From contig BDIP01000032.1 in the NCBI GenBank assembly GCA_003568945.1, forward strand, positions 1 to 40,908: a stretch of DNA of 40,908 nucleotides, in the 5' to 3' direction. The translations under genes were made by a program, and so were the position numbers. The DNA is from Kipferlia bialata (taxonomy: Eukaryota). The notes beneath the pieces were generated by a model. The model was not told the origin of the DNA. It searched no databases and was given only the letters and a program-made list of their open reading frames with translations. Positions 14,630 to 26,374 of the stretch are shown here, in pieces; within the stretch, counting starts at the first letter, position 1, and each line of letters opens with the position of its first letter.

Positions 14630-15061
14630 GTACCACATACCTTACACTAGGAGGAGGCCTCTGATCTGATGCGTGACCTCCTTGAGTTCAGAGCAGACTT
14701 TGTGGCAGACTACTGTCAGACAAACACAGACGGCACACCTCTGGCAGGTATATCCTTAATCCAATGAATCCACACCATTCCAATAATGACAGTGACCTGT
14801 TCCTATTTCTACTCACTCACAGGTGCTGGTGAGCGTGGTGTGTTCCCAGACGCCTACTCACCCACTGTACACACACCCTCTACCCTGAGGGAGGGAGAGG
14901 AGAGGGAGAGTGTAGACAGTGAGGGAGAGTACTACGAGGGAGAGGCAGACGGTGAGGGAGAGGGAGAGGGAGAGGGAGAGGGAGAGGATGTGTACTATGA
15001 GGAGGGGGCTGCACCAGGGGGGGTCATTATATGCTCAGATACAGAGTCTGAGGACTACTAG
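32..15061 (+). CDS. Large multi-exon gelsolin/villin/flightless-superfamily actin-binding protein (5'-truncated by the window), about six divergent gelsolin repeats plus an acidic tail
   Basis: Hand-spliced exons join in phase almost throughout (ambiguous near 4430-4510 and 7070). 604-675 [23 protein letters not shown]; 863-938 [18 protein letters not shown]; 1339-1416 [19 protein letters not shown]; 6052-6132 [24 protein letters not shown]; 8461-8540 [11 protein letters not shown]; 9979-10036 [11 protein letters not shown]; 11313-11388 [19 protein letters not shown]; 11693-11812 then 11891 [19 protein letters not shown]; 13208-13282 [22 protein letters not shown]. These match gelsolin-repeat motifs (L.S.D.F/YIL...IY.W.G..S, E..AAA....QL, EG.E...F...LGG). 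Stop TAG at 15059-15061. Confidence 0.85.
1130..1845 (+). repeat. Exon 1339-1416 flanked by two upstream acceptor echoes and three downstream donor echoes
   Basis: Upstream copies start at 1144 and 1236. Downstream copies end ...ATGGAG|GT near 1577, 1744 and 1839. Confidence 0.95.
5520..6132 (+). repeat. Tandem array of five acceptor-type exon echoes followed by the true exon (unit about 90-110 bp)
   Basis: AG acceptors end at 5549, 5638, 5737, 5837 and 5946, each followed by (A/G)CCCATGTCCCAGTCYGAC. The full exon is at 6052-6132. Confidence 0.95.
8703..8735. repeat. Perfect 16-bp inverted repeat with a 1-nt loop between two donor echoes
   Basis: TATACCACAGTATATA-T-TATATACTGTGGTATA. Confidence 0.9.
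9393..9462. other. Assembly gap (70 N) inside an array of donor echoes of exon 9301-9375
   Basis: Run of N; echo copies follow at about 9493, 9596, 9703 and 9825. Confidence 0.99.
14387..14627 (+). repeat. (CT)n microsatellite cluster interleaved with acceptor echoes GAGGAGGCCTCYGAYCTGATG
   Basis: Four CT tracts; echoes start at 14440 and 14564, true exon at 14651. Confidence 0.9.
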
Positions 15062-15267
15062 ACAAGCCTTAGATGTCGGCTAACGTGTATATATCTCTAT
15101 GTGTGTGCGGTCTGTGTTTCGTGTGTACGCTCTCTATGGATGGGCTTTATGTTCAAGTGTCCCCGGTGGTGTTTTGAAAGAGAGGGACAGGGTTTGTATT
15201 GTAATAGAAGAGCTTGTTGGACATGTAGCTTGCCTGAGAAAACGTTAGTTGCAAGCGTTTCATAGTC

Positions 15268-15277
15268 TCCGATTCTG
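15268..15277 (+). promoter_or_regulatory. Candidate promoter element TCCGATTCTG, starting 84 nt upstream of the gene 2 ATG
   Basis: The identical 10-mer lies at the same distance upstream of the paralog's ATG. Confidence 0.5.
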
Positions 15278-15351
15278 TCGGAGATTTTCAGGATCTGACT
15301 GAAGCCACACACAAGCATATCTCTTTCTAGCAGTGGAACTTGGGGTTTGGT

Positions 15352-18300
15352 ATGCCTGCAGAGTGTTTGGGTGTTAGCAGTACACCTACTATAGATGGTG
15401 TAGCACCAGAAGAGAGAATGGAGACGGGGGGAGAAGGGGGGGAGTGTGGGAGAGAGGATACCTCAGCACATCCCTCTGGCACTGATTCTCACTCTCTCTC
15501 GCTGTCTGATCCTCCATCTAACACTACTCTTCTCATCGAGGGACAGGTAGAGTCTGTGGCAGATGTTATGGTGGAGGCAGCTGGGAAGTGTGGGGGTGAG
15601 ACAGTGAACTGTGCTGCTCAGAGAGAGAGAGAGACAGTGGTGGAGGAGGGGGAGGTTGTGAAGTCCACCTATGCTCAAGACTCTGGTGTGCAGGAGACAC
15701 TTGGAGAGCTTGTAGGCAATGTATCTCTGGCCAGTGAGACAATGAGGTAAGATACCACGCACACATCTATGCCTCCAACATTATGTCTAATTAGTGTTCC
15801 AATTCCATCTCCGAACCATAATATATCATGTACAATGGATGTCATTCTGCTCAAAGCGTATAATGATGGCCTCATATTTATAACATCAGAGTGACTTGGG
15901 GCCCAAGTCACTTGGCAGACGAGGCTATTGTGTTCTTTCCCTCCTCATTGCTCACCCTTCAGTTATGTACGTGAGTTCATATGCAAACCTGACCCTGAGA
16001 GTGACTTGGGGACACAGTCCCGTGACCTATTCGCTGGACTCGGCCCACTGTGCAAGGATACACTAGGTATCCAAATGTATCATCCACCGATATATACTTC
16101 ACAGCTCCAGTGTTTTCAGAAACATATCATGTAGAATACCATCTGGATACCTATTCACTCCCCCACCCCAGCCCTCTCCGACACGTGGTTCTCCTTTCTG
16201 CTCGATGCAGTCAAGACACTGCCTCTGAGTGCAGACACTCTCTATGGTATACTGATACCACTACGGGTTGTGGCAGGTTGGGCTTCACAATTGTAGTATA
16301 GTGCTAACTCTGTACTACTAGGACTAGTAGTATAGATTATTGAATTCTGACAGTAACATGTAATTCCTTCTGACTACTCCTATATATCAACATATACTCA
16401 TCACTATGTCCATCGCTCCCTCCAGACAACCTGACATGTGAGTCTGCCCCCCTCCTCCGAGAGATGTGCACTCTACTCATCAAGGGGGCAGAGACACTGG
16501 TACAGGAGCCATACAACTTTGATGTGGTGGCTAGGTATGTATATAAGAACTATATAGTGTATAGATACTTAGCATATGTACATATATGTATAGAATATCA
16601 ACTTTGACGGTATGGCTAGGTATGTAGAGAGACAGGTCGTATATACATATATGATATATGTATATATATGGGTGTTACGTGGTACTTAGCATAATGCTCT
16701 AAGCATATGTGTTCATATATATGTCTACAACTCACACAGGAGTGCAACCACCCTGATGTGGTGGCCAGATATGTTATGAAACAGTATAACTACACTATAC
16801 ATATGATATTTACTCAGTATTACATTCAACTTTGATGTACCAGCGTATGTGTATATATTCTAGACATATAGATATCCATGTAAATGAATATGTACACTGT
16901 ATCCAAGATATAGTATATATCTTACACAGGATTGCCACGACTCTGACTCTGCTGCTGTTCGATGACGGCATATCTCAACCAGGTAGAGTGTAGTCACATT
17001 GTTAAGACTAAACATTCATAGTTATTTGAATATTGACTATATTCTATCAGTAGCATGGCAGGGACTCTACTCAGGGAGAAAGTGCTGAATATCTGTTTGT
17101 ATTGTTGCTATTTTGCCCCCAGCTGACAGTCTTACTTCAGATCTCAGTGCTGACAAGAGGGCATGTCGCCAGTACCTCATAGACGAAGGTATAGATTCTA
17201 CACACTGTTGCACTAGAAGAGTCCCGTCCCTAACCACATCCAGTGTATCATACATTTGCATGCATGTAACTGATTCAGGCCTGCTCTTTTGCATACGGAA
17301 ACTCTTGTGTGCCCTTATGGACGAGATAGAGTACGAGGAGGAGTTAGACCCGATGAGTGGGATGGACGGGGTGGAAGGAGAAGTAGAATCGGAGACTGAC
17401 AGTGAGGGGGATGCTGAGTCAGAGAGTGACTCTGACTGTGAGTGCAAGGAAGAGGGAGAGGAGTGTTCAGGAGAAGACCACTCCGACGAGGATCTGGAGG
17501 ATGATCCCTCTGTGCCACTAGACTACAGAGCACGCCAGGATGCAACCTACGCTCTCGGCGAGATGGTCGTTTTGATACTGGTAGGTGTGTGGATGTTATT
17601 GAGAAACATTCTGCTGTTGATTCGCAGTACGTAAAATCGACGTCCTAACCTACCTAGAATTTGCTGACACCAGCGGAGGATCTTGTTTACTCCATTGACC
17701 ATGTGAGGGACCTCGTTGGCTTCTTTGTGGAGTACTCCCTGTTGACTGAGGTCATTTACCACCAGTTGTTGGCCCCGCTGACTGTTCAAGGTACATATTG
17801 AAGAGTATACTTAGTTTTGTATATAATATATATTCAGTTTATATACTCATAGTATATGTATTAGTATTAGGTCTAAGGCGTAAGTACGTTTGCCACTTGA
17901 TAGTGCTATCTTCGTGGTAACATGGATTGAACTGAGGGTGATGTTTGAGACACATTCTGACCCTCTATTACTATTACTGACCTTTAGACAAGACATGTGA
18001 GCTCCTCTTTGAGTCCGGTATCCTGTCCGCCCTCACTGATATTGCAGAGGATGATGAGGAGGTGGGAGGGCTACTGATTGCCTAATGTGACAACACAATC
18101 TAACTATACTGGTGTCACTATCCGAAATTTCGGCTCTTCTAACTGCAGCATGAGTGCATGTTACAGTGGCTGACAAGGAGGCTCCTCACTAGTGGTGAGT
18201 CAGAGAGAATATGTCGATTATCACACGACCTACTGGACAAGTAATATTAGTGGAATACAGTTCGAAATCCCATTACAGCATCCTATCAATAGTAATACTA

Positions 18301-21181
18301 TATAGAGATACTATTGTAGTATCTCTATATATGCAGTGTGTTGTATCCAATATGCCTTCTCCTATTTGACAATTCAGAGACATCTACCGCCAACCACTCC
18401 CTGCGTCCTGGCTTCCTACCCCTCCTCAACGTCATACTCCCTATGCCTGACTATATGGAGGGGCACGGAGATGCATACCGGCTGCTGCTACATGGCTCAC
18501 CTCTCCTCCAATTTGACAGAGATAGAGCAGCCACCCTGCGGTGCCTGAGAGTTGCACTAGAGAGAGGTATACACCATCATAGCACGTATATATCAATTCC
18601 TGACCCTCCCATTGTATTGTGTGGTAATAGTTATCTCTGAAAGATCCACTCACTCGTTAGACACCGTCACCGATGTCGGGGATCTGGTGACGGGGCCCAA
18701 GTCCCTTCCCGCACTCATATACCCACTGCTCAAAGTGAAGTATGAGGAGCAAGACATATCCCTGGCGACGCAGGTATGGAGTCATAGCATACAATCTGCA
18801 AGGACTATCGGATACCCATATTAGGTCATGCCTCTCTAACTGAATATGTATGGTCCAGTATTGTATTTCTCTCTCCTTTCTATCTCCCTTTGCGGTCAAT
18901 CATCAATGTATTTGTATATCCCTCTAATACTCAGATGCTAGGAGAAGCCATGTTTGTGCTGTGGGTGCTCGCAGACAAGGGTATGTGACACGCTATGTAT
19001 ACTGACTATATTGTGATACGTAATCACATGTGTGTTATGTGATGCGTATATACAATGTATTTTTCAACCCCAGTGGAATCACCTGAGCAGGAAGTGTCAA
19101 TCCTGCGTCCAGCCTTAGAGCCCCTCTGTCAGTCTTTCTTAGACTGCAAGGTGAGTATCAGTATCAGTATATATAGAAAGATACTGATACTAATACTGAG
19201 GTGACCAAGTCTGTCCAGAAGGGTGGGGGCGTCATCTCACTCCTGTTGCTGCGCACTGTACTGCGGGTCCAGGGCAGAGGTACAAATATGTATACACACA
19301 CATAGATATATATATATACATATATATGAACATGTGTGTGTCAGGATCGTCCACTCTTGGTGCCCTCTATTATTGATTCTTACATATTCTCATTCAACTA
19401 CCAGTGTGGAAGCGTAATGACCCTCACTCCCAGCCCCATTTTCTCAACCAGAGTACATTCCCCAAGTCCACAAGACTGTCATCAAGGTATAGTTATATTG
19501 ATCCTCACGGGAGTCACATCGAGAATTTCACACAATACACCCTTGTTGCGATATATCTGGTATAGTATCTATATGTATGTGTATACTATGTCGCCAAACC
19601 CCTCGTTGCCTGTTGACAGTGCTTAATCACCCCAATGACCCTAGATTCTCAACTGGAAGAGGATCCAGAACATACAGTCAATGTGTGCCATGGTGCTCTT
19701 CAACATGGCTGGGGTGGAAGGTGACCCATGGTGATACACAATTACACATATATATACTATATGATGATACAAAATTTACTGTGGTGGAAGGTGTACATGT
19801 AGAGTATAGTGACACATATACATACAGGCCACCGGCAGTGGAAGAAATGAGGTGATATGCAATATTACTGTACCGTTAACTATCCATGAATTGTGCATCC
19901 AACCTCAGAGACTCACTCACCTTCTCGCATGTGTGAAAGCGCCACTGTCCAGAGCCTCACAACATACATCTCTCAGTACTCTGATGTGAGTGGCGTCATG
20001 TTCAAACTCCCAGTCTGGAGGTTGCTCGCTCTCTGGTCAGCAAACCGTACGTCATCATTCAAACTCCATAGTGAAATGTGTATCTACTTCGTACAACACG
20101 GTGTAAAGTTTGACTCTTAGCTGTTGAGTACAGAGGGTTCTCTTTCATAATGGTCTCACCGCAGCTGGGAACGAGAAGCCTCTGACAAAGGGCAAGGTCA
20201 ACACAATGCTCTCCTTCTGTCCCTTCCAGGTTTGTCCTTCTAATGTGATGCTACGTATTGTGTACTACCTTTCAATAGAGTCAGTGGTACACGAGAGCAA
20301 TACAACTTAACGTAAAGAGAGTACAACTTGAAATCACTCGGGATTCTATGTATCTGGATACTTTACCATCATCACAAGTGAATTAGTGTCCAGATTAATG
20401 AGTCAAGTATGCATATATATATTCATAGTCATTCGTATCTTACTCTCTTAGAACGTAAAGCGTATCTCTTATACCAGTACCCTCAGGAGAGGCTGGAGTG
20501 GTACACAGCCAGGGTCTCCAAGTACAAGAGGGCTCATTCGCTAGAGGCCATCTACAAGTGCACCACCAACAGGTACAGGACAGGATATTCTTTTCCTTAG
20601 CCTATACGTATGAACTTAGTAACTATCTAAGAGGATCGATACCTAAGATCACGATTGCGTTCATTCATTTCATGCTATATCTCACCTGTTAGTGATGGAG
20701 TGACCAGTTCCACAGCAGGGTGTGTAATTGATTGGCCTGTAATGTAATGTATACTCCACCATCTTTCTTTCCATACTCAATATAGCGAGGGAGTGACCGG
20801 TGCCACATCAGACCACAGAGGCCCAGAGAGTGTTAAGCTCATACTGGCAGAGATACACCAGCTGGCACAGATACTGGAGGCCTTCTTCAAGGTGCGAACG
20901 GCCATCTGAACACACATTCTGAATACACATTCTGAGATGCTTACTATTGTGACTCAATATGCATCAACGGTGAAAATGTCGTAATTACCCACCCTGTATA
21001 CCAATTATCACCAACCCAGTGGAAGGGGGCAGAACCAAAGAAGCAGGAGTCCCCTTCAGAGGAAAGGCCAGAGACAGTCACTTCCTCAACCGACAAGTCC
21101 AGTGACCAGTCTATCACACTCATCCGCATCCTCTACATCTGCATAGCCTTCTGTGTGTATTCCTATGCCGTATGGTCATAG
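15352..21181 (+). CDS. Multi-exon hypothetical protein, probably alpha-helical/ARM-like, with acidic low-complexity segments and a C-terminal hydrophobic tail; paralog of 26375..31762
   Basis: ATG at 15352, first exon ends ...ETMR|gtaag at 15745. Internal exons read LVQEPYNFDVVAR, LLFESGILSALTDIAE, LPALIYPLLKV..., MLGEAMFVLWVLADK, PVWRLLALWSAN. Last exon from 21020 ends ITLIRILYICIAFCVYSYAVWS-TAG (21179-21181). The fold assignment is inference. Confidence 0.7.
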
Positions 21182-21791
21182 GGCATGAGACAGAGGGCAA
21201 TGACTGAGAGCCTCAGTCTGAGACATGGACAGCACAGAGACGAATAGAGAGAGAGGTGGATTAATATTTCTTCTGTATGTATTCCTGTGCCATATGGTGT
21301 TACGTCCTAGGAGGAGAGGGCAATGACTGAGACATAGACACAGTATAGCAGTCTGTAAAGTATCCCCAAACACACCTCCAGTTTCCAAGAGACATCAGAG
21401 TACAATTGAGACTTGAGAGAGTCTTTATCACTTAGTAATTATCCTACACACTGTATATACAAGAACGAGTCGCAAACAGCCTGTTATACTGTAACTAAGT
21501 GGTGCTAGATCCGACCCACATGGATTATTGTCACAATTCTACTATTTGCATTGTAAACTCAGTGTATTATCGGAATAGTATACATGTATGAGCGTATGCT
21601 GGTACCCATACACGGATACATGTGTGCATCTCTCGATGGTTTACCGGCCGCAACAGACCACAATCAGAGAGACAGAGAGCCACACTGATAGTCGGACCGT
21701 TCGTCATCGAACGGTGCCAACGTCATACGTCTCACCCTCCGTGTATATACTAACCCACACTCTCTAGGAAGATAGAGAGAGAGAGAGACTA

Positions 21792-24700
21792 ATGGGAGAT
21801 GAGTATGAGTATACTCTGCCTATGAGGTATCTCCTAGGGGGTGTGGTGGAACTGGTGGCTGGGCTGCTCGCACTCTATGCCCTGTGTTGTCAGGTACGGA
21901 CACTTACTTCTGATACCCACACACTCCTATTTGGATACAGCAATAGCCATGGGTATGTATCCTGTAACACTCATGTCCCCTCACTCCTCTAGAGTTAGTG
22001 AATGTCTATGGTACTCTCTCCCCAGACCCAGCAGAAGAGGGTCACTTATCCCTATAGAGTATATTAAAACTGTACATATAATTACTATATTGTATTCATA
22101 ACACTAGGTCTCTCCCCCCAGAAGGGTGGGTTTACTTATACCATACTATAACTGCAATGTATTCATAACACTATGTCTCTCTCATAGTACTATATCCTCT
22201 CTCACATCAGACCCAGCAGAAGAGGAGGCCCTCACTCATACTGTAATGTACTTCAATATAACACACTATTATGGTACCTATATGGGTATACGGTGTATGA
22301 GTCTAACATCAGACCCAGCAGAAGATGCGACTCACTCACACAGTATTGAAGTATGTATATAGTGCTATTGTATCACTGATAGAGTACACATATAAGAGTG
22401 TCTCTCTCACCCCAGACCCAGCAGAAGAGGAGGCTGAAGAAGGGCCCCTGCTCTTGGCACAGCAAGAGAGCCAGACAAGAAGTGACACGGTCACAGGTAC
22501 TGACTCTCTCTCTCTGTCTCAATATATGTATATATATCTTGGGTCTGCATTTGCACAGCAAGAGAGCCAGACAAGAAGTGACGAGGTCACAGGTACTGAA
22601 GCACTATCTCTCTCTCTCTTTCTTTCTCTGCCGCTATATATGTATACATATCTTGAATCTGCTCCTGGAACAGCGAGAGAGCCAGACAGGGGGTAGTGAC
22701 AAGATGACGCCTACTGGTCTCAGTCTCTCTCTTCCTCTTTCTACATGTGAATTCCTAGGTAACAGGTATTGAGCAGGAGGTGACACGGTCACATGTATGG
22801 ACCCCCCCTCTCTCTAGACATATTTTCGTCTCAATACACTGTATACTGTATACAGAGAGCCTCTATATTATATAGACTATATGTCCTCTCACATCCAGCT
22901 CATGCTACTTACAGCAGTCCTCGGCCATGCAGTCAGGTACTCGTTCTTCTCTCTCCCTCTCTCTCTTTATCTCTCCCTCTCTTCCTCTACCCCCTCATTG
23001 TCGGCCATGCAGTCAGGTGTGTGTTAATATCTCTCTCTTCCTCTCTCTTTCTCTATCCCCTTAGTGCCAGGGTTGCTTAGGTTACTCTCTCACTATCTCT
23101 CCCTCTCCACCCATACTACCAGGACTGAGGTTCGTCTCTCTCTCTCTCCCCATCTACACCCTTATTCTCAGAACTGCCTGGGCCTTTGCGATGCCTCTGT
23201 CCAATGACCAACTGCCATTCCTGCCAAAACTGGCCATGAACAGGTACTCTATGACTCATAAATTATGAGTATGTATACAATCACCATTATTATCCAGCAT
23301 ATATACAATAAATATCCTATACATACTATATACACTGGCTACGCACAGGTACTATAATAGAATGTATATGTGTTATCTAACCTGACTCCCATATCAATCG
23401 GCATATTATAATTATACACTTTCCCATATATAGTATATAGTATATATATATTCTATATACACTGTATGGTGTAACTCTCTCACCCTAGACTGTCCACCCT
23501 GCTGCTGTTCCTGTCCTTCAGCATGTACATCAACCAGTGTCTGCTGGTGTCATCAAGGTAAATGCATGCAACTACTACATTTTTGTGAATATATGAGTGA
23601 GGTATATTAGTATAGTCTAAAGATAATCTAAGATTATCTTTAGACTAAAGATTAGACATCAACCAGTGTTTGCTGGACCAGCAGACTCTGCTGGTATCAA
23701 GGTACATGAATGTAACGATACATATTGACATATATATATCAACAAATACACGTTAGCAGTTAGTAACTATAATAGTTACTAACTATTCTAAAGTGTGGGT
23801 TGTCTCTTCCACCCACCCCAGCTATGTCATGTCAGAGAGGTCACTTCCTAGACACATCATCAATGCAGTCACATGGGTTGTGGCATGCACATCAGGTACA
23901 TATATGTCACCATGCATCATATTCATCCATGTGTATAGTACGTCTCTACCCTCAGGAGCCATCATTGTGTACTATGTCACCATGTAGTATATGCATACAT
24001 GTATATATACATATATATCTACGTAGTTATGGTAGTCTCTACCCTCAGGAGCCATCATGGTGTACTATGTCACCATGTGGCTATTGTGCACTGACGATGC
24101 TGTAGCAAGAGAGCTGCCATTCACCAAGTATGACCTGGTAAGTGTGTGTGTGTGTCTCTCTCTCTCTTTCTCTCTTTCTCTCTCTCACTCTACTTCGTAT
24201 CTTACAATACACACTACTTCAATTCAGTACTATTTCGTGGTATTATGGGTGTTTGTGGCCTATATACCAATCAAATAAAAAAGTCTCTCTTTTCATCCCT
24301 CTAGTACTAACATCCAGTATTACGTCGTCTTTGTCTGGGTGTTTGTGGCCATAATGTTCCTCTTAGCCGGAAGGGCCATCAAAGGGTACGTTTTACGTAA
24401 CGTACAAAGACAATGACTACTAGTCTCTATTCATGAATATCAAGGCTAGAGCCTTATATGTTTTATATGGATATTGTTCACAGGGATATCATAGGGTATG
24501 TAGGCATATATCATTGTATATATCAACCCTATCATTCCAGGCAGCTACAATTGATCATGGTAAGCTGTCTAACTTGTCACTCTCGGTCACTCCCTTACTC
24601 TCTATATCTTACTCCCAGTGAATTTGTATATATATTCAAATACAATTGTGTATATATACGTGCATCTGACTTCCAGGCAGCTTGAGCTGATCATGATCAG

Positions 24701-26087
24701 CTGTCTGCCCCATGTTTCTCTCTCTCTCTATCTCAGCATATACATATGTATCTATATATATTAACACATAATAGCCAATATCTGACTCCCAGGCAGCTGA
24801 TCATGGCTAGCTCTATCGGAGGAACAAAGGTAAGCTATTCTCTGGCATACATACGTAATATGTAATTTATGACCATCGACCAACCTCGTGTATGTTGTTC
24901 TGTTAGTCACTATACACATTCTAACAGATTTCAATTCCCGATAACTCACCTCAGAACGAGAGAGACTTCTCCCCCCTGATCAGACAGCTCAAGGTGGGGA
25001 TGGCAGTCAATTCCTGATGATGATGTAACCTCCTATATATTAGTAATATATAATATAATACAATATAATATAATATAATAATACATCTAATAAATCAAGG
25101 TCTCTTCTGCCATTGGTGCCGTTTGTGCAGTGGGCAGAGGCATCGCATACCTCCTGTGGTCATTCAGAGACAACCCAGGTACTTGTATGTGGACCTCTCA
25201 CTCTCTTCCTGTCTCTCTATGTGTATATATTCATATACATATATAGTGTGTGCACTCACTCCAGATGTATGGAACCTGCCAGAGGGCTGGGACCTCTGTA
25301 TCTCCCTCTCTCTCTATGTATATATATATTCATATATGTATGTATGTCCCCTCACTCCAGATGTATGGAACCTGCCAGAGGGATGGGACCTCTGGGTGTT
25401 CTTCTTCCTACCAGACGTTGTCCCTACAGGTATGAGACTAGTATTTTACCCGTTATGCCATTCCATCACATGCTATGCATCGGACATGACCTCTAATCAG
25501 CTAATTGGGTGATAGTAGCGCTGACTGACCAGTCACCATGTCCAGAACAGTATTACTTATTATTACAACTATATACATTTTTACTTTCCTTCAAAGGATA
25601 GGAAACATCGGAAATGACCTCTACTAACTGTCCAGTCACCATATCCCTCCTTGTGCTCGGCAAGGCCCCATTGACAAAGAACAAGAGAGCAAGGTGGGTG
25701 CTATCTCTACATAGTAATACAGATAGAAGTACTATTGGTATTATTGATGCTATTGTGTTGTCTTAGCAAACTGGGTATTCTATCTACTATTGGGTGGTCC
25801 AGCGGTATTGTTTGTGTTATGATCAAGTACCTCTCTCAATGATTGAGTAATACATTAACCCAGTGGAGTGAGTCTGAGCTCTGGCAAGAACCACATGCCA
25901 CCAGTCATTCCCAATCCCTTGATCACACAGGTGAATATGCTATACATTAGTATATACATGTATTCTGTTATACATACATTTGATCTCCATCGCTGCTTCA
26001 ATGTCAATACCTGTCCTATTCTCTCTCTAATTTGAACAGGGTTCCAGGCCAGTTGCTATGGGTACTGTCCAGGATAGTGTGCTGTGA
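21792..26087 (+). CDS. Multi-exon seven-transmembrane protein, THH1/TOM1/TOM3 (GPR137-like) family candidate
   Basis: ATG at 21792. Spliced hydrophobic segments: YLLGGVVELVAGLLALYALCC; AMNRLSTLLLFLSFSMYINQCLL; IINAVTWVVACTSGAIMVYYVTMWLL; YYVVFVWVFVAIMFLLAGRAIK; QLKVSSAIGAVCAVGRGIAYLLW; WVFFFLPDVVPTVTISLLVL. The last resembles the family's TM7 E/D-x-x-P motif. Last exon 26040-26087 ends TGA. Confidence 0.65.
23613..23647. repeat. Perfect 17-bp inverted repeat with a 1-nt loop (intronic)
   Basis: TAGTCTAAAGATAATCT-A-AGATTATCTTTAGACTA. Confidence 0.95.
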
Positions 26088-26290
26088 TAACACAATGTTT
26101 CCACAAAAGAGTGAGTAGACTCTACTGTGTAGAGTAATAGTGTTACTTGTGTCCAGAATTAGGCCAGAATTAGTAGTGTTAGGATTCTTACTTAGAATAG
26201 TATATGCGCCCCTAACAGTGAATAGACTGCCTGCGGTGCTCTGATTATTGATTTCATCTCGTTTCATGCACCGTTTGTATATCGGAATTT

Positions 26291-26300
26291 TCCGATTCTG
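26291..26300 (+). promoter_or_regulatory. Candidate promoter element TCCGATTCTG, starting 84 nt upstream of the gene 4 ATG
   Basis: 26375-26291 = 84 = 15352-15268. CGTTTCAT also lies a short distance upstream in both genes. Confidence 0.5.
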
Positions 26301-26374
26301 AGGCTGCTTGCTTCGTCCCCTCCTGGCCGCATGCTCTCTCTCACCCCCTGCTGGCAGCAACATACTATATATAC

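Noticed and set aside
15059..15061. TAA/TAG-to-Gln reassignment as in hexamitid diplomonads
   Set aside because: Genes 1, 2 and 5 appear to end at TAG, and the reconstructed exons need no in-frame TAA or TAG.
23613..23784. MITE or transposon terminal inverted repeats
   Set aside because: The arms abut with 1-nt loops, are unrelated between sites, and I saw no target-site duplication or transposase.
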